Shown piece after piece: positions 24,908 to 38,478 of a stretch of DNA of 64,000 bases; the first letter of the stretch is position 1, and every line of letters starts with the position of its first letter. Location: assembly GCA_032718475.1 (NCBI GenBank), contig JAUCBJ010000412.1, forward strand, positions 37,414 through 101,413, in the 5' to 3' direction. A model generated the notes under the pieces. The model had not been told where the DNA came from, did no database searches, and worked only from the letters and a program-made list of their open reading frames with translations. The DNA is from Nemertoderma westbladi (lineage: Eukaryota; Animalia; Xenacoelomorpha). Made by a program: the position numbers and the translations under genes.

Positions 24908-25600
24908 TTATTGTGTGGTTGATTTTTCGATTCCATAAAAATCAAGGATACATTCATGCCTTACGTGGTTTTCTGAGTTGATGTTGTTTAGGATACTATT
25001 TAAAAACAGCGCATTGAAAATGTCCTTATATTTGGCTGTTGGCTTGTTGCGTTCTTTCGCATTCCTTATGGTATGTTTGGTGCTGTAGGATGCCGTTACT
25101 AGGCTGGTTATGCATGGTAGTCCGTAAATCCACGACGCAGCGTTGTAGTCATCAAATAGGGGGTCTTTATATATATTAAGGCTATGCTGCGCTAGAAGCC
25201 AGGCGAAGAGGTATATTATTTTTGGATTGCGAGAGTTGAAAGCACTGTATATGATCCTACATTTGTTGTATGCCACTAGGGATGATAGGGTTTCTTGTCC
25301 TAGGAGAAGGTACAGGGTATTGTTGGATACGTAATTTTTGACACCTAATATTGATCTCATAGCCTTTCGAAAAAGGACTTCAAAATCGTTGGTGATAGCA
25401 TCCGTGTAGTTTGCTGTTCCATATAGGATTGATGGGGTGCAAATGGTTTTCCATATGGTCTTTGTAACTATCAGGGGCACATCAGAAGTTGATAACCCCC
25501 GGTTCTTTAATCGCGCCACATTCCACCAGCACCTTTTGACGAAGTTGTCTTTTAGGCTGTCTTGAGTTAAGGGGAAGGGCAGTCCTAGGTATCGACAACT
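24908..25600 (-). mobile_element. Non-LTR retrotransposon fragment (RT thumb and downstream region)
   Basis: In-frame CRYLGLPF upstream of the tracked ORF, then IWKTICTPSILYG and FRKAMRSILGV..YVSN..LY..LG. Confidence 0.8.
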
Positions 25601-28600
25601 ATAGTGTTAATATTAGTATTATAGTAGTATTCATAGTATTAATGTGGTAGTATTAATATATATATGTATGATATATCTATATTTATATTAATTTTTTAAT
25701 TTATATTATATTAAACAATGCCATCGGAAAGTCTTTGAATAAAATTAAATATATATATATCACGTTGGTCATGTTGATACGTTTATAGGAAAACAGTACT
25801 CGTTTACTTTAGTTACATCGCTGCGCTCGGCAGGTATTCCGACTCGTACTGTTTTCATATAAAGTGCTACTTTTATCAACGTGATAAAATTAGTTATTTT
25901 CGAAACCTCTGCCTTGAGATGAGATGAGAGTGTTGCCTTGATTCCGTAGGCGGCTATCATATATTTTATTTTATGTTTAAAACAGACAAGTTATGCCTGT
26001 GAAACAAATCAATATGAATATCAACAAAATATATCCATATAGGTAGGTACCGGTACTATACTATACGTAAGTTAAATGGGATATTAAAGTCGTGTTGGGC
26101 TAAGAAAAACACAATTATTGAATATAACATATAAATATAGTTACAATATAAATTTATATCCCCAGTAGACAATTTGCACAGATTGCAACCTTGAACCGAC
26201 AACTGTATTATGAATGAACATCTAATAAATTATCTGTACTTGGAATTATTAAAAATAAACCTAGCGCATTAGCTTTTATATGTACGAAACAAGGTAACCA
26301 AGTAATATTGACACGCGTTTATAAGCTACCGTTAGCCGCCTGTTATAAACCAATTAGAATAATTAATTCATACGTGACCAAAGGACATTACAGTAAGAGT
26401 AAAGTGAAGTTATAAGTTATGAAAGCACGAAATAATATACATTTTACACTACTGAACAATGTGAAAATTTTATGAATTTCCCCGAGCATAAACACTAATA
26501 GTGTCATTACAGTGCACTGGCAAAATAGTACTTTTGTTTTCTTGAGGTTAAAAATTATACCTTGTCTGTAAACGTAGTAAACCTATTATTGAGTTTGAAA
26601 GTAAACCTGTATCGTCAGCGTATACATTATGATGGTTACATATATCCTCTATCCTACAACCTATATTACATCCAGGTAGTATTTTAGATAAATCATCCAT
26701 ATTTATACGTTAAAAAATTACCCAGTTAGGAACACCTCTTTACTTTTGCACCATTAGAAGCTGTAAAGAATGTAGATAGTGAATTACTCCATTGTACTTA
26801 TAAAGATAGATTCATACCATCATAATGTATCTCTTTAGAGTATCTTACCCCGGTGTTAAAGCGTAAATTCTTCATCAGATAATTAAGATGCCAACTTCGT
26901 AGTTTTAAATCCATCTCTTCGATTTATTCGACCGGTATTAATACTACCTGGGGGTCCCATTTCTCGATTTTATCAATCCGTTCAGCCCATTTTGACATGT
27001 TGCATTGTGTTTCTCTTACTCGCAGGTTGTTAACCGAGATACAGCAGTATAACGATCCCGTTAGCTATCCGTATGTGGCCTTGACCTGAGGTAGTTCACC
27101 CATCCGTTAATTTCATTGGTTATAATCTCCCACAGCCAAGCCTATCCCGTTTTGTAGATAAGAAACCGCTTTAATAATGGGTTGTTTGATCTGTGGCCTT
27201 CTTTTGAATTAATCCTGCAGGATGCTGGTCATTTTCTTAGAAATAAATCTCTTTATATATGTAATTATCTGTTTTTTTCAATGTCATTTTTTATCGTCTT
27301 ACTTAATAGGTACAAATCTTTTCTTTTGGTAATGTATTTTTTAAATTATTTAGTTATTTAAACTATGGATTTAAAGAATATTAATTAGCAACAAATTTAT
27401 TTCCCACTAAAATTAATCATTGTCCCCTAAATTTTTCCTTCACTAAAAATAATTATTCTCCACTATTTGTAATTTGATTTCCACTAAAAATAATTATGTT
27501 GGATATATTTTTAATTTTGAATCCCCCAAGCCCAAATATAATCATATTTCTGTGAAAATCATTTAAAAGTGAATTACTTTCCACTAATTTTAATCTCCTT
27601 CCACTAAAAATAATCACCTCCCCTTTCACATTAGTTCTCATTCCAGCTATAAATGGTAACGCGTCATTAGGTAATTTGGTTATAAGGTCCTGCGTCGTGT
27701 AATTCAGTAATATCGTAGTGATTAAAAAAATAGCGCGGAAAATGTAACTGTAACATGTGCTATTGACTTTCTTTTATTGTTTTGGTTAGAATAACATGTC
27801 AGTGTAACCAGCTTTTCCCTGAAAATCTTAAGGACATTACGCTGCATGACCTAACAACATAGTTGAGGTCTATCCTTTAAACTACAGTCTGAGAGTAACT
27901 ATTTTCTGATTGTAACACTTTACTAACCTGCACGTTAACCTTCGTTTATTGTTTTGGTTCCCCGAACATTGCCTCTGTATCGTGCTCCTCTACAAACCTG
28001 ATCCTTTCTGCTGCGGAACCGGGACCTAACGCACCAGGAACCTGTCGCCCCTGGTGACATATCGCAGGTGGAACCTGAGCAGCAGTTCTTATTCACCCAT
28101 GGAACTTATCGCAACAAAATAAAACAGACAAACAAGACAATTCAAAGTAATACTGGGCCTAACAATATTTGGTGATGATATTTAGTGATTGTAAAATTAT
28201 TTTAATTATTTGAATAGGTTTTTAGTTTTAGTAGATTTGGATTTACAATGTTTTTTTTAGTGATTAATGAATAATTTAGTGATGGGTCATTATTTTTAGT
28301 GATTTTGGCATTACATTTTTTATTCTATATCTGAGGCATTTTAAATAATTAGAAATATTTTTGCAAACTATCATTATAATACACCATTAAACCCCTTCAC
28401 TATTGTTACCTAAGATTATTATCTTATTTTTATCAAATTATTCATATTTTTTAAATATTAATTTCTTATAAGATTACTTCCTTTGTTTTTAGTGTAGGGG
28501 GGCCTAGGGAATCCTTATCCTAACTTTAATTTTTTTAGAGAAACATTACACTTGTAATATTACTGTGTATTCATACTGTGTAGGCTTAATCGATTGAGCA

Positions 28601-28691
28601 ATTCTATTATAAAGAAAGACTAAACACATTTTAACATATAAATAATTAAATATGTGTTGCCCGTTACGTGAGTATTCGAGAGCCGGTATCT

Positions 28692-29222
28692 ATGACAACC
28701 GATAAACATTCCTACTTCCGGTACTTATATAGGAGATGGCGTAATATACCGTCGCAACCACTAATTAGCACGTCTATTATTGAACCGGTAATATCATCCA
28801 CTGAGGAAATTGATTGTGACATCGACAAACCCAGCGGTAAACCGGGTTGGATCGCATCTAGCGAGCATCTATCCACTTTCGTCGAATCCGAAACCGAACT
28901 TCGGTTGTCTGTTGTTACCCCAAGCAACGCAGACTCAAGTAACGAAGATACAACAGACTGCTGCCATTCGCGAAACTGCGAAGTACTGAGCTACGCCACT
29001 GAATCTTACACCGATGAAATGGTTGTTGACGAATACAAACCAGAAACTCCGATTATCGTCGAGTTGAGTCCGGCATTGGTTTCCCGTTTGAAACAATCGC
29101 ACAGTCATTTACCCTGCCTAAACTTATTATTTGTTGTTGCCGGGGCGATTATCGTGGCTACGGTGCTGATTCTATTTGTGTTGGTTTGGCAAGGAATGCA
29201 GAGTATCGCCAGAGCGTTCTAG
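28692..29222 (+). CDS. Hypothetical Ser/acidic-rich protein with C-terminal transmembrane helix
   Basis: 176-codon ORF from the first ATG, GC-richer than its flanks, hydrophobic LLFVVAGAIIVATVLILFVLVW near the C-terminus. No family recognised. Confidence 0.4.
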   Translation: MTTDKHSYFRYLYRRWRNIPSQPLISTSIIEPVISSTEEIDCDIDKPSGKPGWIASSEHLSTFVESETELRLSVVTPSNADSSNEDTTDCCHSRNCEVLSYATESYTDEMVVDEYKPETPIIVELSPALVSRLKQSHSHLPCLNLLFVVAGAIIVATVLILFVLVWQGMQSIARAF

Positions 29223-30454
29223 TGTTCTAGATGCTACTTTTATGATTATATTCAATTTGTAGCACTTTGTCATCAACTTGCCTGATTTCAATAATCATCC
29301 ATCTTTAAATTTTATTTTCAATTGGATGTGTAAGGTTTTCCACTACGTTGAAATTAGATTATTGCTTTGATTTTATATAATATTGCACGTTTTTATGTTT
29401 TATCGAACATGTACAGTAGGTATAACATGTCCTTCCGTATAATAACGAACCTGCCTATTAATAGGTCGGGGTAGTTTTTGTCAAGAGTTGAGCCGTTCAA
29501 AAACACGATGTGGTTATCTGGTTATGTGTATATGTGTGTATAACCATCCAATATCTCAAAAACTCACCAGGTAAGCAACAATTTTTAACGCAACTATTTA
29601 TCAATTAGTATCTAGTTGTTGAATAAAAAAGTTGGGAACGATTTGATGTGCGATATTCGAAATATAAGCATATTATCAACATTATGGAACGCGAAATTAA
29701 ATACCGACAACTACACTTTTACAGCTGAACAACATTTCAATACTTATTGTCAATTGGAGTTACATACATTAATTATATTATTATTGTTATATCTCTATTC
29801 AGTCAGCTAGTTTAATATCAAGCAGTATATCATTTATATATCGTATATATCTATAGGGGCTATTGTCATCGTTATAATACTGTCATCAACACAGGCTAAG
29901 TTCAAGTATAATGTACTGTAAAGGCTTAGTAGGTTTTGTATATCTGGGACGTTTACAACAGCTGTCGATTAAACTAACAAAACCAGAAAACTGAACCCAG
30001 GGTGCCAGCCGGGTACCAACGGCTGTTGGGTAGACTTAATGGAAGATTTCACAAACTTTCATAGGAGGCTTGTACAAGTACATTATATTGGTTGCTCCGA
30101 TGTTTGTATATTAGGCTAACTGAGAATGTATTAGGTATAAATAATTAGTGTTCTTTATTTTATTTATCTAATACAGAAAGACCCCTCCGCAGAATAAACT
30201 GCTCTTTTGGGCCGTTTCCCAGGTTGCGGATATGGATAACATTTCACACATCGCCGTAATTGTGATTATGATTTGTTTGCCTAGGCGAATGTGTATTACA
30301 TTAGATGGGAGGCAGTTTGTTTGGTTGATGCAAGTCATTTTTGGATTGCATCTTCCAATCCCCTTTGTTTCTTTGAGTTTGTTTAATCAAGAGTTGAGCT
30401 GTTCAAAAACACGATGTGGTTGTGTATATACTGTATATGTGTGTGTATGTATAA

Positions 30455-30498
30455 CAAGGTGTACTAAATAACTTGTATAGGTTATTTAGTACACCTTG
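30455..30498. mobile_element. 44-bp miniature TIR element with 8-bp TSD (P/hAT-like)
   Basis: Perfect 18-bp TIR CAAGGTGTACTAAATAAC, 8-nt spacer, ATGTATAA on both sides. Empty-site paralog near 29535. Confidence 0.8.
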
Positions 30499-30862
30499 AT
30501 GTATAACCATCCAATATCTCAAAAACTCAAGCAGGTACGCAAAAATTTTAATAACAAACTCTACATAAATTTTGGTTGCGCACAAGACTGAAGACTGTTT
30601 TTGTGCCGTTTCAATCACGGGGTCACTGAAAATAGCGGTTTTGAAAATTTAAAGTCGAATTTCACTGCTTTCAACTCGTCGAGTATGTACCAACTTTTTT
30701 ATTTGGGCTATTCAGTCATTTGAGCAACATATTTGAGCCTCATAATTTTTTCAAATATCGCCAATCTCGCACAGAACGTTGCCAAAATTTGTTAGTCCGG
30801 CAAAGAAACGCACTAATTCGTCTAAAAGAGTAAATTATTGGTTGCAGAATAATATGATTCAA

Positions 30863-32957
30863 CTAGAAAAGCCAGCAAGCTGGCTATAAGGAGACCGTCC
30901 ATTATAGACAAACGTAGTGTTAGCTGTCGGGGTGATACATCATACAAACTAACAGTTGATGTGGGGCGAGCCACGAAGTGAGTGAGCCTTAGCGTAGTGG
31001 TACCATTAATCAACCTGTCGTTCTGTTGTTCTTGTTCAATTTTAAACGTTAATAACTCGGCCAATCTTCGATGAAATCTATCCAAACTTGGTACACATGT
31101 TGTTTGGCAAAAGTTTATAAATTTTCCAAGTTGAATTTTCGTGTGGCCTTCGAGAAGCTAAGATAATAGCAGTTAATTAGTTAATTAAATTGATTACGGT
31201 AAAAACAGCACTTTCAACCTGCCTGTTAAAGGAAATTAATTGTTTTACAGTATAAGACTTTAATAATTATACTTAAAAATTATACAGATGTAATCCACAT
31301 ACTCCATTCTATTATAGTTTTTAATTAGTTCAAGTGATTTGCTTTAATAATTGTGTCTTTAATTGATCTAAAGTAATTAAAACGGCATAAAAAATTGATT
31401 CTCATTAAATACTGCTCATTTATTGGCCAACATGCTGCTACATAGATGGAAGGATGTGTGTGTAACGCAGCCAGTTGCTGGGAATGATTATTGGTCAAGT
31501 CTCTGGAGCTAGCTGGCTGGGAGTGAGTTGTGGCTGTAGACTAACCAGAGAGGAATTGTAATAGGCAACCAGTATTGCTATTCCAGCCCAGACAGCATTC
31601 TTTAAATCCCACATCCCACCATCCTTCCTGTATTCCAATTCCTATTGACTCTACTGTACTATAAATGTTGTATTGCTATCTCAGGTAAATGACAGATACA
31701 TGTATAATAACATAAATACTATCCATGGCATGGCTGTTGTGTAGGCTTATATATGAAATAGTTTATTCCACAATGTATTTGTCTGGTTATTTTTTAATTG
31801 AATTTTTGTAAAGTAGTAAAATTAATGTTCTTAAAAATAATTTTATTATTTTATATGTGACCAAGGAAATTAGCTACAATTTTTCGCTGAAGCTTTAAGA
31901 GTGTACATTGATTTAATATTATTTCAATACCCATATTACTACATCGGCATACGATGCGTTGGCGTTGTATCACACATCTCCACATAGATGTATCAGCAGT
32001 TACTCGCACAGTTTCGAAACTTCGCATAGTTATAACTGTATAAAGATCGTCAGTCTTGGTTTAGGAAAAATATTTTATGACAACATTGGACGAGCGACGA
32101 GCGCAACGAGGCATATAATGAAGACGAGTACTGCGTAGACTATATTCCTATAAACCATACCTGGCTGCGCCTATTGAACGCATCGGTAGTTATAAAGATC
32201 GTCAGTCTGCGTTTAGGAAATATATTTAAATACCAAACAGGACGAGCACAACGAGGCTTATAAAGAAGACGAGTACTGCGTTGACTATATTATTATATAA
32301 ACCACCTGGCTTCACACATTGATCGCATCCCTAGTTATTATTATTATAAAGATCGTCCTAGCCTGCGTTTAAGAAATATATTTAAATTCAAAACAGGACG
32401 AACGCAACGAGGCTTATAATGAAAACGAGTATTATATTCCTATAAACCACCTGGCTTTGCATATTGTACGTGCGATTGGAAATAAGTTCGTGCTACCCTT
32501 CCGTGGGTGGTAGATGTCGCGGTTATGTATTGGTGGGTGGGAAGGGTGTGGGGGGGGGGGGGGGGTGCAGATTAAAAGGGCTGAACACGTACTGTACCCT
32601 TTCTTTAATTGATTGGTGGTGTGGGTAAATTTCTCAAATACTGATTTTGTGATACAGTCGCTCAGTTTTAATTTGTATCTCATAACTGGGCCTCGTGCTG
32701 CGCGAAGGTCCCACGAACGTGTTTGATTACTGTCTGGGATAGAGTGAGAGAGTAATAAATTTAGTAAGTAATATACTTCTTTGCAGTTTGAGCCTATCCA
32801 TTCAATCAATGGTAGTAGCTTACTAGGCCCTCATGAGTACCAGCAGCTGGTGTTTCTATCGTTGAATTGATGGCAATTTTCGTGTTTTCATTTTCGCTCA
32901 CTCAGGGTACTGGTTTGAGGGGCAGGTTTGTTTAAAGCCAGCTTGCTGGCTTTCTAG
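30863..32957. mobile_element. Element bounded by inverted Helitron-like 3' ends (GCCAGC hairpin + CTAG)
   Basis: CTAGAAAAGCCAGCAAGCTGGCT at the left end and AGCCAGCTTGCTGGCTTTCTAG at the right end. Confidence 0.55.
32030..32460. repeat. Three diverged ~150-bp tandem repeats
   Basis: ATAAAGATCGTC...GGACGA...AACGAGGC...ACGAGTA...ATAAACCA..CTGGCT recurs at ~32040, ~32192 and ~32345. Confidence 0.8.
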
Positions 32958-35900
32958 TATTGTTATACTTATCTACGGCTCAAGACGGCGTTTCTGCAGA
33001 GTGATGCTGGTCTTAGCAATGAGATGTTGCGATTGTATAACACCTTAGGTCTATCAATAAAGTTTCTACACCGTTGCGTACCATATCTGCCCTAAAACAG
33101 TTCGTTTACATCACGTACTCTGTTACAATATTTAATATACACAACTACAGTATAATGCAAGTTGATCTACGTTCTCTCATAAATATTAATATAATATGCC
33201 GATGGAGTCCATTGTGCTAACCGAGAGGTTAATTGTGTTTTCATTGTCGGGAGAAAATACAATTCCCTGGGGTTGTATGTCGGATATACTGGAGGGCATT
33301 ATGTGGGTAGGAATACCGGATGGGTAACAATCATTTCATTATGTCGTCTCATTAGTTGAACATCTGGACTGTTCTTGATATTAAGGCTGTTCGGTGTTCA
33401 TTCAATTTGATACAATGTGATGATTTATAATCTGTAAGGTGTGAACGTTATGCTATTATATCATTATTGGATTGAGTAGCCAAGGCTATTTAGTCTTTTG
33501 GTTTTCACATTTTTCGCTGATTTTATGCGAAATTATTCGCTGTGATATTTCATACTGCACCTACTGTAGACCTGGAGGGAAGGGCTACACCGCACCAAAA
33601 TAACTGCGGATTATATGCCTATCATTAGCGGCAACGCTAATTTTGCGGGCAATCATGAACAGGACAAATCAACTACACTGTAGCTAGTGGACTAGAGGAG
33701 CTAACCCATAGCGCTTCTATGCGGCTGCTTTCGGAACAGGCTTATTGTCTTACGAGTCCTCGTCAATAATTCTGGCGGACTGCACTGGAAATATGTCGTC
33801 AGACTTTGTGTGTAAAATCAGCCCGAGCGGCCGGATATAATTTTACTTTACTTTAACTGTTTTTTACGCGTTTACTTTACCGGGACCACATATATGCTGA
33901 ATGCGGTTCATAGTTTTTCCCAAGTCGAGTGGTTAATGGGTCTGGTAAGTTGAGGCCATGACCTAACTCCTGATCGAATCCCGCTAATAACCATAGCAGA
34001 CCCAGTGGATATACTGTTTGGTCTGTTTAAAGACGTTCGATCTATTATCCAGCATGTAACTACAGTATAATAGTAAACATAAGAACCACTACTACTTGGC
34101 TCTCTTTTGGAATTCACTATTATGAGTTGACATGAAAAATTTCAACGGCATTGACAATTTCGTTATTAATTTAATCTTTTTTTCAAATGTTGGGCCTATG
34201 TTAGTGAAAGTTCTAGCACCATTTACACGATATTATAGCTAAAATATTTATTATTTGCGTGCATATATCATTATTATAAAGACATTGGAGATACTTTATA
34301 ATGGTGAGGAGTGAGCCTTTAAGTCTGTGAGCCTCATCATACAGTTTACTCTGATTTACTTATTGAAAACTGTATGACAATTTTCACTGAAAATGTCACC
34401 AGTACAAAATGCTACAACCGTTACACACCGTTTTAGTAGGCCTACAATTAATTGTTTTACATGAAAACTTTCTTAGAAAAAACACAATTATTAATCAAAC
34501 AAACAATAATCCCACATATTTTGCATTAATAATGAAAATACAGTTGAACAACAACTGTGGATGATCGATCTTAAAAGGTCTAAACAGTTTCCAAAATAAA
34601 ATGACATATTGTGGTGTAGAAATGTCACTGTAAATGTACCGTAACAATCTCGTTCTTTGAACAATTTCACCACAGCCCCAGACAGATCATTTAGATTGTG
34701 CTGAATGCATTTTATCCGCTCCTCTTGAATTAAATAAAATTGAAATCTTATCAAAGGTATCGGCAATATTCCTGCTTGCATAAAAGTTCCTACGTGCATA
34801 TAAAGAATACATATAAAGCATACATTCACATTTATTGCTTTGTCTCACAATCACCAACCATTATATTTGTAATAGAGTTTGATAGTATGACTGACTAAAT
34901 AAATAACCAACCCTCTATTACAATCTAACATACTCCATTTATCTTTCTGTGTATTATTATTGTAAATAAATACGGTACTAAATCTATATACATCTAAAGT
35001 TTTAAATATTTTCATTGTGAAAAATTAGTAGAACTAAGAATTTGGTGGGTCCCCGTCCCAGGTAGGACCACTGCAGTATATCATCAACACCACACTCCCA
35101 CCCACTAGGATCTGTAGAGGTAAAATCCATATTAAAATTAGGTAAATGTGTCGGATTAAAAATAGGTAAGAGATTAAATATAGGTAAATCCCCATTCATG
35201 CTTGCATATAAGTATCAACTACACAAGCTGACAAGTACACAATTACGCCATATCATTTTATCAACTCTCTGGTAATGTAAAATATTTAAATATATGCTGT
35301 AAGTAAATTATTCCCATTCAGAGCACCAAAATGTCGGAATTTTGTTTGTTCTGCATTTATAACTACCATAGTCTCTACTTCAACTTGCTGACTTGGTAAA
35401 CTAAAACTTTCTACTTTGGTCCGGATGATAATGCATTGCAAGCATTGTTGCGCCACATTTAGGTCGAATTGTAGAAGAAAGTGAAGAAAATGTGTCACTC
35501 GCAACTGAAGGAACGGAACGGAACGGAACGCTTAAAGTAAACAAACCTTAGCGGAACCTAAATTTACAAAGCGTGGGGTCGATATCTGGATGTAATTTGG
35601 TCGCATCGTTTGCGTCGAATATGGGAAATTCACTTACAGACTTTGATAGAACTATTATTGTTCACACAATTTCGAAATCTAGTGAAAGGCTGTGTATGTT
35701 CGATATGTTTCATCAAGTAAACAGCAAGTCGCCGGTCTAACTATTGCATCGAACCTGTTTCGTATCAGAACTAAAGAAGTGTAATACACAAGTTGTAGAG
35801 CAGTTCAATGGCAAATGGTGTAATTAATAAGTATAATATTCATTTTCTGGACAAAATGAAGCCTGTCAATCACACATGACTTTACGCCTGATTTTAGACT

Positions 35901-36038
35901 ACCGGAACCAACGGATCAATGACGCAGCGAAGGCCAAACTGACTGGAATTAATAGCAGGGAGAAAACTGAAGCTCAACAATAATTATGGTTGTCTGTCAT
36001 TAATTTAGAAATTTATTATAATAATAATTGAATTAAAT

Positions 36039-36194
36039 GGCCGTCTTTTACCACTCGCTACAATGAAAGGGAATCAATGGGTGTAGCCGTCCTACCAAAA
36101 TTAGTAGCTAGAGTGTATAATAATCATTGTGCCCGTGATGGTTCATGGTTAATATACACTACCCTTTCATTGTAGCGAGTGGTTAAAGACGGCC
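36039..36194. mobile_element. 156-bp MITE nested in the previous element
   Basis: 33-bp near-perfect TIR GGCCGTCTTT(T/A)ACCACTCGCTACAATGAAAGGG. Confidence 0.8.
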
Positions 36195-36321
36195 TAGTAC
36201 TGTAGGGTTGAGCATAGTGGCAGCATACTGTATGATGGTAATTGTCAGATGGGAGGCCATGAGGAGGTAAATTGCGGACATACAAGGTATCAGGTAGTAT
36301 TTCCAGGTCTATCTTTTACCT

Positions 36322-36390
36322 GAGCCGCTAGCTGAATGGTTAGAGCGTCAGACTTCCAACCCGGAGGTCACCAGTTCGATCCCACCTCGA
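36322..36390 (+). pseudogene. tRNA-derived sequence (SINE head or tRNA pseudogene)
   Basis: A-box TAGCTGAATGGTTAGAGC, B-box GTTCGATCC, CT-TCC-AA loop, but acceptor and T stems pair poorly. Confidence 0.6.
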
Positions 36391-36981
36391 CGTTATTGCC
36401 GACTTTGCAAAAGCTGTGCCCAACATAAAGTTATAATAATATCAAACCACTCATTCACCCATAACACCAATAATAAAATCAACCGTTTCTCACGTATACA
36501 GCTTTTTCCATATTTCGATGTAATATTTTTTTGATACGGTTACAGAGTGTAATAATGTATATTATTATATTGAAATTTAGTAAATCGGCAGTGATCCCAA
36601 CATTTACCTATTTTTAATCTCCCTTTCAAACGCTTACCCATTTTTAAACTGTCAAATTTAACTATTTTTAATACGGATTTTACCCCTTCTCACTAGGATG
36701 GTTGCTAACTCGGTCACCTTCCCTTCCAGTACACCAAAGGGAAAGCACGTGGTATCGTGGGTATTATTTCTATTGTGAATCTCCAAGAAAATTGAGATTT
36801 TTCACTGTGCCAAAGCCAAAGCACGGTCATGGATCATGTCCTTGACCTGGGGGGTTGGCATCCACCAAAATCTACCTACAAAAATATGATTATTAACACT
36901 CTCTTGTCAGGAACGAAGTGGCCTACTGTAGTGTAGTTATGTAATCAGGAACGAAGTGGCCTACTGTAGTTATGTAATCAG

Positions 36982-37254
36982 TTAGTGAGCTAACGTCCAA
37001 AGTTTATTACTCTCATTTGTGTTGGTTTTATCGTGAAACTGAACCACACAGTTTCCGGGATCGTGCATAGCCATAACATCAATCCCGATATCAACGACTC
37101 CCTCCATTTGGGACCAAACATCCGTACTAACAGTGAACAAGGATGACTTGTCCTTCGCATTCACAACCAGCTCAATCACTTGGTTCACCTCTTCAATGCT
37201 CACTACTTTCCCCTGTACGATAAATAGTTCTTGCATCTCCCAAACGTAGCCTTC
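36982..37254 (-). CDS. Unknown beta-rich protein, terminal exon 4
   Basis: Acceptor ATTTAG, phase 0, EGYVWEMQELFIVQGKVVSIEE...AH*. Confidence 0.75.
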   Translation of the reverse strand, partial: EGYVWEMQELFIVQGKVVSIEEVNQVIELVVNAKDKSSLFTVSTDVWSQMEGVVDIGIDVMAMHDPGNCVVQFHDKTNTNESNKLWTLAH

Positions 37255-37517
37255 CTAAATATAATATAATTTAACACTAAACTAAACAATTAAAACATTT
37301 ATGCCATAAATTGTGACCAGTAACCCTGACAAATTATAATGGTTAAAGCGAACTAACGAAAATTAATTTAACTGTCTACTTTCAAATAGTTGCATGGCTA
37401 TGTAAATTTTAATAATTACAGTAATACAAGAGTAATTTCAGTTCGTTGACGTTTACTATTTTACATATTTGTCAGTTTACACATTTCATATGTAGGCCTA
37501 CTTATTGTTTAGATTAC

Positions 37518-37671
37518 CTTTGCTGTTATTCGCACTAAATGTGACTCCCCATCCGCGATGATGTCATCAATCCGCTCGTTCATTATCTGTGACGTCGACT
37601 TAATAGTGACGTCATCTACCATATTGGGTAGTAAGACTGATATGAGATAGGCTTTTCTTATTGCTCGTATT
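37518..37671 (-). CDS. Unknown beta-rich protein, exon 3
   Basis: TTTCAG acceptor and GTAAT donor. 154 nt, open frame IRAIRKAYLI...LVRITAK, phases match both neighbours. Confidence 0.75.
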
Positions 37672-37899
37672 CTGAAATAAAACACATAATAATAACAATA
37701 TGTTGATTCACTCCGAAAGTGATCAAAGTACTAGTTACTACAACTGTAAGTCCTACAAGATACTTACGTGCTGTGATTGTTCTAAATGTTATTATAAATG
37801 TTAAAGCAGTAGAACCACTACTCTTATAGTCCATGCTCGTCTTAATCTCAAGGCAATCTAAATAAGTTGTTTAGATGGTCTTGATCCAACTTCAGAGAT

Positions 37900-38150
37900 T
37901 TACAAATCTGTGGATGCCTCTTACACAAAAATGCTGCGGCGGGTTTATTGTGTCAAGTACAATGAACACATCTCCAATCAGACACTATATAACATTGGAG
38001 GTGTTCCATTAGTTTCCCCTAGCTTGACACTTGAACGGAGCCGTCTCCGCTTTGCAGGACATTGCTTTCGCCGTGAGGACCAGCCAGTGCATAATCTTGT
38101 ACTTTGGCAGCCTCATGGAGTGAATAAGCATGGTGGACAGCCCATAGCTT
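37900..38150 (+). mobile_element. RTE-type LINE 3' fragment (intronic)
   Basis: DASYTKMLRRV...EHISNQTLY...RLRFAGHCFR...LVLWQP..G..GGQP. Confidence 0.8.
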
Positions 38151-38478
38151 TTTTCGTATTACTTAAACTTCTTATTACGAAGTTTCTAAAAAATAAAACT
38201 ATAACCTGTTCCAGTAAATTAGTTTATTGTTTTGGTTAGAATATCGTACCACTGTAACCTGCGGTTTTTTCTTAATTGATAATTTTTAACAACGTAGATA
38301 TTAATTTCGCTATACGGTTACGGTACGTTACCGTTTTGGGCTTATTGTATGGCCCCACATCTGCAGAGCTATCAGTTCTGGCTACTTTGTCAATCGGCAC
38401 TTCCTAACGTCCGTATTAGTTTCCTTTATTATTTATAGGTGCAATATCAGCTCCGATAAAGTTTATTACACAACTTAC

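Larger units (their letters stand above)
35112..36690 (+). mobile_element. Decayed DNA transposon with imperfect TIRs, 8-9-bp TSD and KDZ-like transposase remnant
   Basis: (C)ACTAGGAT at 35103-35111 and 36691-36699. GGTAAAATCC.TATTAAAA.TAG.TAAAT is inverted at both ends. ~35696-35920 encodes YVDMFH...ELKKCNTQVVEQFN...LDKM...LRLILDYRN with stops and frameshifts. Confidence 0.65.

Noticed and set aside
36322-36390. Functional tRNA-Gly(TCC)
   Set aside because: Stems do not pair properly, and it lies inside a decayed transposon.
37768-37781. 14-nt micro-exon in the orphan gene (AG/GTAAGT borders on minus strand)
   Set aside because: Flanking exons already join in phase; inclusion would shift the frame.
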